The notes below the pieces were generated by a model that did no database searches, was not told the origin of the DNA, and saw only the letters and a list, made by a program, of their open reading frames with translations. Source: Eledone cirrhosa (lineage: Eukaryota). From it: DNA of 64,000 nt. Below, piece by piece: positions 13,420-26,562 of the stretch (the stretch's first letter is position 1; each line of letters begins with the position of its first letter). The translations under genes and the position numbers were made by a program. The DNA lies in the NCBI GenBank assembly GCA_964016885.1, contig OZ024742.1, positions 358,050,001 through 358,114,000 of the forward strand. Reading direction: 5' to 3'.

Positions 13420-14148
13420 ACTTATTATGCACAAAATTGTTAACCAACTTGCCAACAACAACCCTGAGTACCTTTTTGATTTCCATGTGTCTAACACATG
13501 TGGGCATGCCAACAAAGTCAGAAAACAGCACAGCTCCCATGATTTTCGGAAACATTTTTACACGCTGAGAGTTGCTGAAGCATGGAACAAACTCCCTGCA
13601 TCAGTTGTTAGCTGTTGAGACACTGCATCCTTTAAGGCCTCCATGGAACAAACTACCTGCATCAGTTGTTAGCTGTTGAGACACTGCATCCTTTAAAACC
13701 TCCATGGAACAAACTCCCTGCATCAGTTGTTAGCTGTTGAGACACTGCATCCTTTAAAACCTCCATGGAACAAACTCCCTGCATCAGTTGTTAGCTGTTG
13801 AGACACTGCATCCTTTAAAACCTCCATGGAACAAACTCCCTGCATCAGTTGTTAGCTGTTGAGACACTGCATCCTTTAAAACCTCCATGGAACAAACTAC
13901 CTGCATCAGTTGTTAGCTGCCAAGACACTGCATCCTTTAAAACATCCATGCATCCTGAGATTCGCCAACACTACACCTAATACAACCCCCTCCATACACA
14001 CGCACACATGTATATCATGACTCATTCACTATTCACTTCCCTGACATTATTCTATGTACTATACATGCACCTTTGATGAGTTGTAGTGCACCTGAGCACT
14101 GTACACAATAATTTCATTATTATTCATTATTATTATTATTATTATTAT
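13420..14148 (+). mobile_element. CR1/L2-superclade LINE 3' end
   Basis: HKIVNQL..CGHANKVRKQHSSHDFRKHFYTLRVAEAWNKLPASVV is the typical CR1 RT C-terminus; 3' UTR ends in (ATT)n. Confidence 0.8.
13581..13950. repeat. 61-bp minisatellite, 6 copies, inside the CR1 ORF end
   Basis: Unit CATGGAACAAACTCCCTGCATCAGTTGTTAGCTGTTGAGACACTGCATCCTTTAAAACCTC at 13581, 13642, 13703, 13764, 13825, 13886. Confidence 0.97.
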
Positions 14149-14156
14149 AAACAACA

Positions 14157-14350
14157 GGGTGGTGGATTGGCAGTATCGGAAGAGGGTCGGATGCCATGCT
14201 TTGCAGCATAGAGTTTCGGCGCTTTATGATCTGATTTCAAATCCCGCCGAGGTTAACTTTGCCTTTCATCCTTATGGGGTCGATAAAATAAAGTACCAGT
14301 CATACACTGGGTAATTGCTGGCCTTGTGCAAAAGGTAGAAACAATTATTA
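14157..14350 (+). mobile_element. SINE family A
   Basis: Full head GGTGGATTGGCAGTATCGG to tail GTAGAAACAATTATT. Confidence 0.88.
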
Positions 14351-14432
14351 TAAACAACTGACTAAGTTCAGTTTCAATACTATTGTATCATTGACCGTTG
14401 TAGATGTGGCTAGAATCCAGTTCTTGTATATA

Positions 14433-14533
14433 CAGGCTGTCCCCCAAAAAGGTATACATACTTCAACAGCATTCTAATAAATATTGCCTGTACAGGTAAT
14501 CAAAGTGTGTATACATTTTTGGAGGACATTCTG
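14433..14533. mobile_element. Tc1/mariner-type ~100-bp MITE
   Basis: TA|CAGGCTGTCC..AAAAAGGTATACA / TGTATACATTTTT..GGACATTCTG|TA; second copy at 31671-31770. Confidence 0.8.
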
Positions 14534-15124
14534 TATATTAAAATGACAGCTAAAAGTAAAGTGGAAGATAGTGATGTGAGGAAGGGGTGATGTTAATATT
14601 AATAGTCATCTTGGTAATAAAGAAAAATGAGAGGGAAGGAAGGTGAGAAGGTTAACAAAAATAACGACAAATATAATTACTTTTTACTATTTTATTTAAG
14701 CTTTTATATATATTTTTAACATAGCATATATTTACCTTTTCCGTCCTCTGCATTTATATTTGTATATTTCACCCTTCTACCCCTCCCTCTAGACCTAAAC
14801 CTACTTTATGCTCCACCCCCTACAAACCCAACAATAAGTGTATATAAACTATCACAGGACCTCTGTCAACAGTTTAGATGCATCTTTGTACATATAAGCT
14901 TGCATAATTGATGAGATGTTGAAAAAGAGTCTGGCCCAACCACCTTGATTGTACCCTGAACTGATCAATATCAAAACAATTGTAATATGCAAATAAAGTT
15001 TGTACATATGCCATAACACTGACTTTGACTCTTTTAAATCTAAAGCATTCATATATATATATAGTATGCACCATCCTCCCATACATCTCTAATGAGGACA
15101 GGCTGTAGCATACATCCAGGGAAG

Positions 15125-15420
15125 CCTCCAGCCCACACTGTGAAGTGGTCATGATGGCAACACAACAAAAAGCGCCCAGCCCGCACAGTAAAGTGGTTGT
15201 GTAGTTGTCATGACAAAAAAGCACCCAGTCTTGTAGGTGCCACAACACACAGCACACACTGTAAATGTGGTTGGCGTTATGAAGGGCATCCAGCTGTAGA
15301 AACCAAGCCAGAAACAGTTCTGTATAAACAAGACACTGTCACCAGACCTGACTTGCCTCTAATGAGACATCCCATCTAACCCATGCTAGCGTGGAAAATA
15401 GAAGTTAAATGATGATGATG
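15125..15420 (+). mobile_element. RTE 3' UTR copy
   Basis: GAAGGGCATCCAGCTGTAGAAAC..AACCCATGCTAGCGTGG..(TGA)n. Confidence 0.8.
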
Positions 15421-15587
15421 TGGGTGTATATGTGTGTGTGTATGTGTGTATGTGTGTGTATGTATCTGTTGCACTCACAAGATGTGGGAAGTATTAACAA
15501 GATGTACTTGAACAACAGTAGCTGTTTAACACTGGACTGTTGATCGATCCACCCCCTAACAACACCTTCATTTACTATTATTGTTGC

Positions 15588-15597
15588 CACCACTACA

Positions 15598-15650
<53 letters not shown>

Positions 15651-15670
15651 CATCACCACTACTACTATAT
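15588..15670. repeat. (CTA)n/(CAC)n microsatellite
   Basis: Direct inspection. Confidence 0.95.
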
Positions 15671-16878
15671 CATTTTCTCTTCCCATTACAATACAATAAT
15701 ATGCAATGTCTGCAAACAGGAAAATGTAGATTCAGAGAAAAAATAAGTTCCTGACTAATAATGTTTAACAAACAACCTTTGAACGATACCTAAACATAAA
15801 TATATATTGAGAGCAATTTTGTCTGGAACATTCACTGGCAACACTTTACTGGAAAGATTTATTGCTAGAGAGACATATTCTTAGTTTTAAAAACAAAAAC
15901 AACAAAAGTTTGTAAAGGAAAACAGTAAATGAAATATATAGAAACTAAATGCCAACTAAGTTTTCTTTGAAAGAGTTAAGTCCAAGACATCGACATCAAC
16001 GTCAACATCAAACCACTACCACATAAATACTGCAACTCTCATCATTATTATTTAACTTGGTTTCTCTGGAGTGAACACAAAATTGTGGGCTATAGCATCA
16101 TTTTTATAATGCTAAACAATGCTCCAGTCCCCAATTCCTCTCCTTGCAGGTAATATTCTCAGTAATTAGGCCAGCAAGGGTAAAAGAAAATCTCAAGAAG
16201 GCTGGACAGCTGAAGGTCTTCAGAGAAGAAACCTTACTCAAGTGAATGTTTCAGCCATTAACAAGTGTAAGAAAGAATGAAACTGCTAATGGTATGATCA
16301 TTTTCATTACCTGTTCAACATTAACCCAAGCCAATGAGTCTCAAGTGTACTTCCAGTATGAAGATGCAACTGCAGCCTTTCCCTCTCATTTGTGCTGTGA
16401 CAACTGAACCCAGTTAGTCAGGCACCAATCCTAAATATATCTAACCATGAAACCCATAAATGTTGCAGAACAACAGATGGTTTTTGGTGATTTCATTTGA
16501 AAGTTGAGGCTTGGCAGCTGGCTTAAAAAACTAAAGGTTAAAGTCCTTAACACAGCATAGTCAGATGGTAGAAAATGATATGTTTGCGTCCTGAGGATGT
16601 TGGGCTTGGATATGTGAGCTGGAAGCAGTTGGATTTGACACTGCAAGTCAGTGTATCATAGGATTTGTATAAACATTTATTTTGTGTGGTCTTCCATGCC
16701 GTATATTTGGGTTAAGAGTGCTTGTTGTTACATAATTGGTAAGTGTTTTTTGAACACCAGTCATTCAGATATTTGACCTTCCTCATGAAGAAGGATGATA
16801 TTTACACATTTTCGCTTGAAATGGCAGCCATATTAGTACTCAAAACTGTATAAGAATGCTGAGTCAGTGTCTTATACG

Positions 16879-17044
16879 AAAATACAACAAATAATTGTTT
16901 CTACTTTTGGCACAAGGCCAGCAATTATCCCAGTGTATTACTGGTACTTTATTTTATCGACCCTGTAAGGATGAAAGGCAAAGTTAACCTCGGCGGGATT
17001 TGAGGCTAACTTTGCCTTTCATCAAATAAAATACAACAAATAAT
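16879..17044 (-). mobile_element. 5'-truncated SINE A with 22-bp fold-back and 17-bp TSD
   Basis: TSD AAAATACAACAAATAAT at 16879-16895 and 17028-17044; inverted arms 16970-16991 and 17002-17023. Confidence 0.85.
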
Positions 17045-18069
17045 GTGATTGGCTGACTTATGTACAAAGATAATTAAGTTTGATGATATTTACATGTGTG
17101 TGTGTATACTAAGATTACTAATAATATGACAGCTCAAGTGCCGGTGGTCTCTAAATTATACACAACACTCTACACATCGTTATATTTGTTGAGTATAACA
17201 GATTCTATAGTCTTTAAAATATGACAAGTATTGATGATCTGTCTGATATACAAAATATTGTCAATGACATGTGATATATTTCTTTATGCCTTAAAAATCA
17301 TTATGTATACATGACAAACAAGTACATTACTAGAAATCCCATATGTTATGAGATAAATAGGAAGGGTTGGGATCTCAATATGTAAATTAAACAACTAATT
17401 CTGATTTTTTAAAAAGCCAACAGAGAAAACCTAGAAAGATTACCGACCCTCCGACCCTCCCACACTTATTCCAAATCCCACCTGTTTATTTCAACACCAC
17501 CATTTATTCCTATTATTTGGGACCTGTGAGTATATGAAATTTCTAGAACTGTAGAAGTTTTTATCAATTGATCCACAGTTAGTACTTGAATCCTTATAAA
17601 CCAGGAAAAAATATCATTTATTATGTAACATCACTGAGTACTTGGAAGATCTGTGTTGCCTACTAATGGGTAGTGCATCGTAGTTTGACAAGCACTAATG
17701 TAAATGATAAACACAAAATGTACACTAAATCATTTAAATCTCAATTCTGAGAAAGCAGTATTGTAATCTGAACCTGTAAAAACTTGAATCCCCAAGAAAA
17801 CTTTCGAATCCCATTATTTATTTATATCGAAAGACAATCTCCAAAACTTTATAGAACCAGCTTCTATCTCATAACAAACATACATCTCTTTGTAAAATAC
17901 AGCTTGGAAAATAGATAATTCTTATTTAGCTTCCACATCTGTCTTCAGAAGTAAACATAAATAATCTACACATACATTCAAATAGATGTACACCATCTGA
18001 ATTGATGTACATAGAGACTATCATCTTTGTAAAATAAGCAATTATATGTCTTATTTCTTACCTGTAACA

Positions 18070-18337
18070 AGTGCTTAGGGGGCCCAGGGCACTTCAGGTT
18101 TGGGGGAGGGTCATACACAAACAATTTAATACACAGCAAACTCCCCAATTTTACATATCAAAGTTAGCTTGGCTCAAGTAATAGGAATTGAAAAGTTATA
18201 CATACATGTATAAATAAAAAAATTCTAACTATCCTAAAACTAAAAAGCTCAGCTGAGGGCACAAATAAATTGCTGCAGCCATCAGAGGTGCCTTCCCCGC
18301 CACTGCATGGGCCTAGGGCAATTAAATTCAACCCTGC
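18070..18337 (-). mobile_element. hAT-like MITE (reverse orientation)
   Basis: Reverse complement matches 11064-11348. Confidence 0.7.
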
Positions 18338-18524
18338 CCGTAACCCTTACTTTCAGAGAGAATCTGTTTACAGTCATAGAACTTGTTATAATCTCAGTCT
18401 ACAGTTTGTAAAAGGATGAATTGCCATAAGTACTATAACAACATACAAAATTAATTGTTAATATAAAGAATGATGTGCCCATGGATGCTGTTAAAATAGC
18501 TTATAAAATGGGGTGAAGACTTAA

Positions 18525-18732
18525 ACCTATAGCATTTAAACTAGCCATATTTGGCCAGAATTCTCTGGCTTCTTTCTGTTCAAACCAACTGAAACCGGCC
18601 ACCCATACTGATGTTAAGGTGTTTTTCTCAAAATAAATAATATCAAAATATCATAGATTCGATATTATGTAAGATAAAGCATTTAAAATGAAAATATGAT
18701 AGTAAATATAGAGTAATGTAAATCTTAAAGGG
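18525..18732. mobile_element. piggyBac-type MITE
   Basis: Flanked by TTAA on both sides; ends ACCTATAGCATTTA / TAAATCTTAAAGGG; homologous to 45732-45951. Confidence 0.8.
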
Positions 18733-19289
18733 TTAAACGACAGAAAAAGTAGTGTTGCCATAGTTCGCAGTTATGGGGTTCAATTCCTCATAGCAACCAA
18801 TGGCCACCTCTTTTTCCATCATTTAAGGGTCTTAACTCTATTTCATAAGCAGTTGAAACGGGTTTGTCTGTTGTAAAATGAAAGTACAAGTATGAGGCTA
18901 TATTTAGCTAAGGCAGGTGAGGGGAAGGGCATCATAGAGAAGGAAGGCTATTGACATGTCATGAAGGTGACTTTGGAATCAGTGAGTTACAGTTGGCGGT
19001 ATATAATGGGATGTGTCTCCCTTGCCGCCACATCTCCAGTGCACCTCACCTGTTCAACCCATGCACACATAGAAAGCCAGACAATTTCCACTATATACTG
19101 CCAACTGATTCCAAAACTGGAAAGGAAGTTGCCGCTTTGAGGAATTGAACCCCATATCTGTGACCAATGCCAACTTCCTTTTCTATTTTTTAAGGGTCTT
19201 CACCCTATTTTGTAGTCGCCCCATAGGTTATAAGAGAGAGATGTCTGTGCCAGGAGGATCTAAAGTGGAAATGACATTTGACTAGCAAA

Positions 19290-19640
19290 CAAATAAGAAT
19301 ATTACTTAGGAAAAGCATCTTAAATACTCAATAGAGTGTAGCTGAGAGATGAGAGAGTCACTCCAGGTAGAGCCGCTACTTCTCTGAGTTGAGAGATCAC
19401 AGCTCTGATACTATGGGAATGTGGTTAGAATGTCTCAGGAAAGAATCACTGGACAGATTTTAGAAGCAAAACCAACTGATAGTAGGCTGCAGGGTAGCCC
19501 CCAAACAAAATAACATCCATCAGTTTGGCTGGTCTCACTTGAGCATCCAGCTGGATTAGATAGAAACAGTTGCTTGTAACAGGGCCTGCTGGAAGGAGTG
19601 TTTGAGGACTCAGACCCCAGGACACTCTCAAGAAGAAGAG
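19290..19640 (+). mobile_element. Decayed RTE LINE 3' coding fragment
   Basis: RESLQVEPLLL*VERSQL*YYGNVVRMSQERIT..ILEAKP motif with in-frame stops. Confidence 0.7.
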
Positions 19641-20294
19641 GATCCTTCATTAGATGTGAGTTTTAAATCTATTAATATATAAGCTAATATCTTATTAAAT
19701 TTTCCATTTCAGATCTCTACTGTCAATCAAATATATACCAAAGTGTATAATCTACTATCCCCATGGGATATCAAGATATGCATGTATGTATGTGTGTGTA
19801 CATGCATGCATGCATGTATGTATGTGTGTATGTATGAATATGTATGTATGTGTGTGTTTGTATGTATGTATGTATGTGTATGTGTGTGTGTGTGTATGTA
19901 TGTGTGTGTGTGTGTGTTTGAGTGTAATAATTAATATATAGAAAACCCGCCAGACAGTCCTATGCGAGCAAGACAACCACTCTTGCCTCAAGTGGGAAAA
20001 CCCCCGTCCAAACCCATGCAAGCGTGGAACACGGACGCTAAACCTGATGATGATGATGATGATGATACCTTTTTCCCTGTATATCTACTATTCCAGTGAG
20101 AGATCTAATTCAGTAAAAGGTAATTGGTATCTCTTATGATCTTCAGGTCACTCGCTCACTTACTGCACTCAGTCACTGATGTATCTTGACAAAATTTAAT
20201 CTCTGATAATGTATCATGAATTACTGTAGACACACTTATAGGTGCAGTCGTAGTTAGTCTGGCCACATTTGATGCTCTACAACTGACGAACACT

Positions 20295-20499
20295 ATCATA
20301 ATTGTTTCTACATTTGGCACAAGGCCAGAAATTACCCAGTGTATTACTGGTACTTTATTTTATCGACCCCGAAAGGATGAAAGGATGAAGTTAACCTTGG
20401 CGGGATTTGAACTCAGAATGGCAAGGGCCGTAACTCTATGCGTCAAAGTATGGCGTCCGACCCTCTACCGATACTGCCAATCCTCCGATCATAATTGTT
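20295..20499 (-). mobile_element. SINE family A with 12-bp TSD
   Basis: ATCATAATTGTT at 20295-20306 and 20488-20499; full SINE body between them. Confidence 0.9.
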
Positions 20500-22324
20500 A
20501 GCCAACTTAGCTTTACAGTATTTAATATGTGGTCATTCTTTCTTCTCCATTCACTACATTGGTTGGACTGATTTAGTTTCTGTTGTTTGTTCATTTTTTA
20601 GATATATTTTCTACTTTTTGTGACTGTCCTGATGTCATTCTTCTTTTATAATCATCCAATATCTCCCATTCTCCTGTGTTTTCAATGTGCTTCTGATTTA
20701 GGATGATAAGTTCTATCTCTTGCTCTGGGCAATCATTCAGTGTTTTAGAAAGTATACTGTATCTCATTTCTTCAAATGTTATTACTAAAAAGATACCTTA
20801 CAAGATCTTTCTCTATCTTTTGTTGAGAGAAATCTTAGCAATGCATTAAAACATCTAGGTTAAAAAACAGTTTCAATGTTTCAAGTTTTCTTTAATATAT
20901 GTATTTTATTGGTTTTAGTTTTTGATTTAATCTGTCAAAAGAAAATTGCTGAAAATATAAAGGACAAACTGCAGAAGAATTTTAAGAAATAAAGTTAATC
21001 TATATTTACTTGTGTGTGTGTGGTCAGGTGTCTGAATCTTTCTGTTTATCTTTATTATTGTGTCTGGCTGTACTTTGCAAATATGTACACTTGGTATATA
21101 CTTGTCAATATTTTGTTTTATTATCTGTGCAAGCAGCACTTTATAGTGGAGGCGTTTGAAAATTAAAGCTAAAATCATTGGTATTTCAACTAGGTCATGC
21201 TGAAGAAGAGAAAGAGTTTCAACTGAAATATTCACTGAAACTGATTCTTATCACTGCAGAGAAGTGGCTAGAAACCTTCAGTGTATTATGCTGGAAAATT
21301 GCCTTTAACTGTTGCTTTATTCGTAAGACTACTTCTTGTCTCTTTAATGTGCACCAGCTAGGAACAGTGAAAAACATTTTATGCGTTATGGCATTTCCTT
21401 TAGTATGTGACCAGTTACATTCACCCTCACAATTAAGTACAAATTTCTCTTAATGATTTTCTTCTACGTATGCATTAAATTGAATTAGTAAATATTATTT
21501 ACTACATTTGACTCTTCTCTAAGATAGCACCTGACTTTAAAAGTCTTTCTTCCACTGACACTCGGAATTGACAATTTCCTTTCCCTAGCTGCATACAAAG
21601 ACAACATGCTTGTATGATCACATTAAAATTCAAACGAGTATACGATTCATCAAATTTTCTTTTGCCTCCAAATATATCTAGCGAAAGAATTCTTCTAAGA
21701 TAAAGCAAGATCTGGCAAACATCCCAAAATCTTTTCCAACAAGAAACACAGTTTTCTCTTTTTTCCTTATTTATCATTGCATCATATATATCAGCATCAT
21801 CATCATTTTATGTCTGTTTATCTATGCTTGCATAGGTTCGACATGATATAAGGTTCTACTTTCCACAGTATTTGGCAGAGGTTTTCTGCATGGGTGCCCT
21901 CTCTATTATCAACAATTTTATAGCATAGACTGGGTGCATTTTATCTTGCCATCAGTTAATGCGAGAGATTGCCTAACAAGACTGAAGGGTTCTCTCTACC
22001 CTGTATCAGTATTTGTTCAGAGTGTCTTTGTTTCAACTTATGGCATCAGTGTTTATCCTATGCAATCTTCTATATTCAGAGCGACTGCACTGCTATATAT
22101 ATGTTTATATATCATTATCATCTTAATCATTCCCATTTTACATCAGTTTTTCCATGTTTGAATGGGCAAAATCACCATCACTACTGAACATCTGTTGTCC
22201 CTTCTAGTAAGTTTGTTTGAGCCTTCAAAGACAAGGTTAGTACTTAATTGGTACCACTTCCCTGTTTGGTGGTGAGACACACTTACATATATTTCTGTAC
22301 TTTATAGGGTGCCTTTCAGTGTTG

Positions 22325-22537
22325 GGTGTAGACCTCGGGGAGCCCGGAGCACTTTGGGTTTGGGGACCCGACATACATAAAGGTATTAAATTCAAAAATT
22401 CTAACCATCACAAAACTAAAAACCCAGCTGAGGGCCCAAATAAATTGCTATGTCCATCTCACGTGTGAAACCCCACCCTCCCCACTGCAGGAGGCCTGGA
22501 GCAACTGGCCTCTTTGCCCCCATTACATCTGACCCTG
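22325..22537 (-). mobile_element. hAT-like MITE (internally deleted)
   Basis: Reverse complement similar to 11064-11348. Confidence 0.6.
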
Positions 22538-22789
22538 GTGCCTTTAGTGGGTATTTTATTTGGCACCAACACAAAGGAGGTTGTCACGCTTTTGGTGCTA
22601 CAGCTTAATTTTTATATCAGCATGGGTTAGACAGGCTATCACAATCTGAGTTAGTTCTTATTCAGTGTTACTGCTCCTCTAGAGAGCAACATGTATGTTC
22701 AATATTTGCTGCAGTTTATATGGTTGACTACCCCGCCTAAAACAAACCACTTTACATAATACACACTACTTGTCTCTGCTCATTTTAAA

Positions 22790-23112
22790 AATCGGCTCCT
22801 ATCGGTCACTAGTGGCCATGGTTTTGCACCATGGTTTTGCAACTGGGCAAGGTTTGTTTGTGGAAGACCAGCAGTGGCCCATGCATACAAATCTATTCTC
22901 TCCATGCCACTAATGTTGTCCAAGGGAAAGGCAATGGCTGATACATCTTGGCATCAGTGATGTCACAACTCATTTCTACAGCTGAGTCACCTGGAGCAAC
23001 ATGAAATAAAGTGCCTTGTTCAAAGATACAACACATCACCCAGTCTAAGAATCAAACTCACACCCTCTCAATAGCAAGCCCAATGCTCTAACCACTAAGC
23101 TATTTGCCTTCA
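22790..23112 (-). mobile_element. tRNA-derived SINE family C (head shared with family B)
   Basis: Minus strand GCTTAGTGGTTAGAGCATTGG..GAGTTTGATTC..GTGTTGTATCTTGAACAAGGCACTTTATTTCA; body similar to 33420-33720. Confidence 0.75.
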
Positions 23113-23634
23113 CTTCTCTGCTCATTACCATTCAATTACAGAGTGTATACCATACGTTATTGTGACACCAGCACAAATAAGGTTGTTTTATACACTGCAC
23201 GACTAAAGGGTACTCACTACTCTATAGTATCTCTATTTGTCTAAAGTAGCATGACCAAAAATGTGAATGGAAGAAAGATAGTGATGTGAGTAGACTTACC
23301 AAGGGGGTTGGATGACAGATAAGATTTTATTTCTATACTATTAGAAGTCAGTAATACCAACATTTGTCCAGCTAAGAATGATATAAATGTTTTTAATTGA
23401 TTCTTTTAGTCTTTTATTCTTTAAACTGGTTACAGCCAGCTAGCTGTAGTGATGCTGGGGCACCATAATGATGTTTATTTCAACCACATTCTCAGTATTT
23501 GATCAATGAGGGAATTTGACAGTACTGCACTGATTGATGTCTCATGATTTATGTCTTATGATTTATGTTTCATTATAGATTGTAAATATCAGTAAGACCA
23601 AATCTTACAAAGTGTTGACATTAACTTTACACAT

Positions 23635-24138
23635 GGCCCCATAATCCGAATAACCAGCCTGGGATTCAGGGGATCAGAATGCTTCAAATCATCATCATCA
23701 TCACCGTTTTACATCCGTTCTTCCACGCTAGCATGGGTTAGACAGGTTGTCTTGTTGTGGGCAGTGTCTGGTTGGCTGACCATGCCTTGCTCATACAGGA
23801 ACTGATCTGGCTTGATTTCTACAGCTGGATGCCCTTCCTAACACCAACCTCATTTACAGTGAGTGCTGGGTGCTTTTTTGTGGCGCCTACACGTCCACTT
23901 TACAGTGTGGGCTGGGTGCTTTTTTGCCGTGGCACCTCCACGACCACCTTGCAGTGGGGGCTTTGGGGGCATATTGTCTATATACTTCAGCTTGTACCCA
24001 TGGGAGGTCGGGTACTCTGTATTACTGCGTGACGCCAGAAGTCACGGTCGTGTGTCATTACCTTTGGGTTTTGTACAAAAGAAATTTGAAGCTTTCTAAG
24101 CCTTTGATTCCCAGGCTGGTTATTCGGCTTATGGGGCC
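23635..24138. mobile_element. Palindromic MITE (55-bp arms) interrupted by an RTE 3' UTR copy (~23690-24060)
   Basis: 23635-23689 is the reverse complement of 24084-24138 with ~7 mismatches. Confidence 0.75.
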
Positions 24139-25451
24139 AAAATCTCGATTCTCATTCTAAAAAGAAAAGACAGAACTTTTAAAATTATGCAAAAGTGTTC
24201 TGATAAGGGATTTGTAATGTTTTTCCTGCTAAAGCTTGTCACCAGTCTTATGGACCTCTCTAGATATTGATCTCTAGATATTGATCGACCAACAAGTTCC
24301 CAGATCTCGCTTGCTTAATCAGTAGGGTGGAACTCCTCCAATCAGAGCAACCAAACAATATTTCTCCTTGTCTTTCTATTGCTGATATTATCTACCTGTC
24401 GCAGCTTCTGACAGAGTAAAGTGGAATAAAGTGTCTTGCTCAAGGACATAACACATCATCCAATCTGGGAATCTAACTCACAACCTCACAATTGTAAATC
24501 TAACCACAAAAGACACGTGCCTTCACAATAGATATTTTGGACATAGATACATGTAATTCACTTCTTCCTTCCAAGGAAAATAACTTGAATGTTTTCAAAT
24601 TCTGCCAAAAACTCATCTGATGTGTGGAAATATATAATAATCAATTTTAATCAAAATCAGAAATGCCTCATTACTTTCTATGACCTCAAAAAAGCTTTAA
24701 AAAATTTCAAAGTAGTTCTGGTAGGATTTCAATTCAGAAAAACAACCCCATAAATCGCAGAGTAGACTATTATTCTAAGTCAGTTTTGTTATTTCAATTG
24801 ATCTCTCATAGATTAGGGATACTTTTCAACTTGATAATATGGTAACACTTATAGGAAAAGATCGATATTCTGCTGCCTTTCTTCTGTGGCCCTAGAGTCA
24901 TTGCTTTCCCCTCCTTTTCATCTCATTTATGGCTTTCATAGTCCTTACCTCTACTTTCCCATAAAGCCAGATCTGCCCTTATTTACCCCTTCCTTATTTT
25001 CTCATTACTTAATTTTGCTTTTATCTTTCTTTTTCATATTTATTTATCTTTTGAAAATAAAATTATTTATATAGAAAAAGAAATTGAATGGTTTCAATAT
25101 TAGATGAAATAATTGAAATAAGTCTGTGAACTGAAAATATATCAAAGTCTCAGATCATGTGGTATTTGTTTCACTCTCCATTCTCTGAGTTGACATCCCA
25201 CTTTAGCAAATGTTGCCTTCCATTCAGGGTGAATAAAGTATCAGTGAATGGCAATGGATTAGCAGGAGTGTTAGAGTATCAGACAAAATTCCTCATGGTA
25301 TAAATTCTGGAACTTTGCATTGTGAGTTTAAATCCCACTTAAGATTTCACATCCCACAGATGGTCATGACCAATCATTTACTCTGAGACTACAACTGATA
25401 ATGAACGATGTTCTTTGTAAAGGAAGACTAGCAATATGCTACTATAGTCGA

Positions 25452-25585
25452 ATGATGATGATGATGGTGGTAGGGGTAGTGGTAGTGATGATTGTGATGA
25501 TGGTGATGATGGTTATTGTGGTGATGGTGGTGATGGTGATGGTTGTGATGGTGGTGATGGTGCTGGTGATGATGGTGATGATGTG
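25452..25585. repeat. (GAT/GGT)n compound microsatellite
   Basis: Direct inspection. Confidence 0.95.
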
Positions 25586-26159
25586 ACATTACTGGTATTT
25601 AATCAACTGTCAAAGAACGAAAATCATGGATAATTTGAACAGAATTTGAAATGTCTTGTCTTGTACCTCTCTAGTGCACATTTCTTCTTCAAAATATTGC
25701 AAACAATAATCTTATTATCAGTTGTTTATCTGTAACTGATGACAAGCAAACATTTCCACATCGAATTCCCATCACAGGCATCTTTCTCATATATCTGAAA
25801 CCAGAGAAATGTTATTAGTCATTTGTGTTTTCTCAGTATACAAATTAAATTACTATATATTTGCTCCACCATTTTTTCTCAATATTATCATGTTATTTGT
25901 TCTTTTACTCTGTAAAATGCTGTAAATATTTCAGATAAAAGTTAAATAAAATATAGAATATGTATAATTATATTTGATAGATACCGAAATATAGCACTTT
26001 TCTTTAAGAATTCCCTGGTAAATTGCAAAAAAACAAAATTACAATGAAGACTTGTTTATGCAAACAATTCTATTTAATAAAAGAGATTCTGTAATAGAAA
26101 TTATAGGATTGGCACCAGAAATGTATACCTAAATTACATGTGCAGTGATTGTATGTCAC

Positions 26160-26170
26160 ACCAGCATCAG

Positions 26171-26227
<57 letters not shown>

Positions 26228-26270
26228 CATCATCATCACCAATATCATCATCACCATCATCATCACCACT

Positions 26271-26337
<67 letters not shown>

Positions 26338-26369
26338 CCAATATCATCATCACCATCATCATCACCACT

Positions 26370-26433
<64 letters not shown>

Positions 26434-26562
26434 GCATCATCATCATCATCATTATCATCACCAATATCATCACCACCATCATCACCACCACCATCATCAT
26501 CATCATCATTATCAGTCGCATCATCACCATCATCATCACCAATATCATCATCATCATCATCA
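26160..26562. repeat. (CAT)n compound microsatellite with higher-order blocks
   Basis: ~400 bp of CAT/CAC triplets; explains the poly-H/I/S/D/M ORFs. Confidence 0.97.

Noticed and set aside
13581-13950. CRISPR-like array
   Set aside because: No variable spacers; tandem duplication of CR1 sequence
16783-16840. ATGAAGA..GAAATGGCAGCCATA hammerhead-like motif
   Set aside because: C3 missing and stem I does not pair; too degenerate to call
21502-21777. ORF with KRKFDESY, faintly like a hAT/BED transposase N-terminus
   Set aside because: Only a short motif; the remainder is not recognisable
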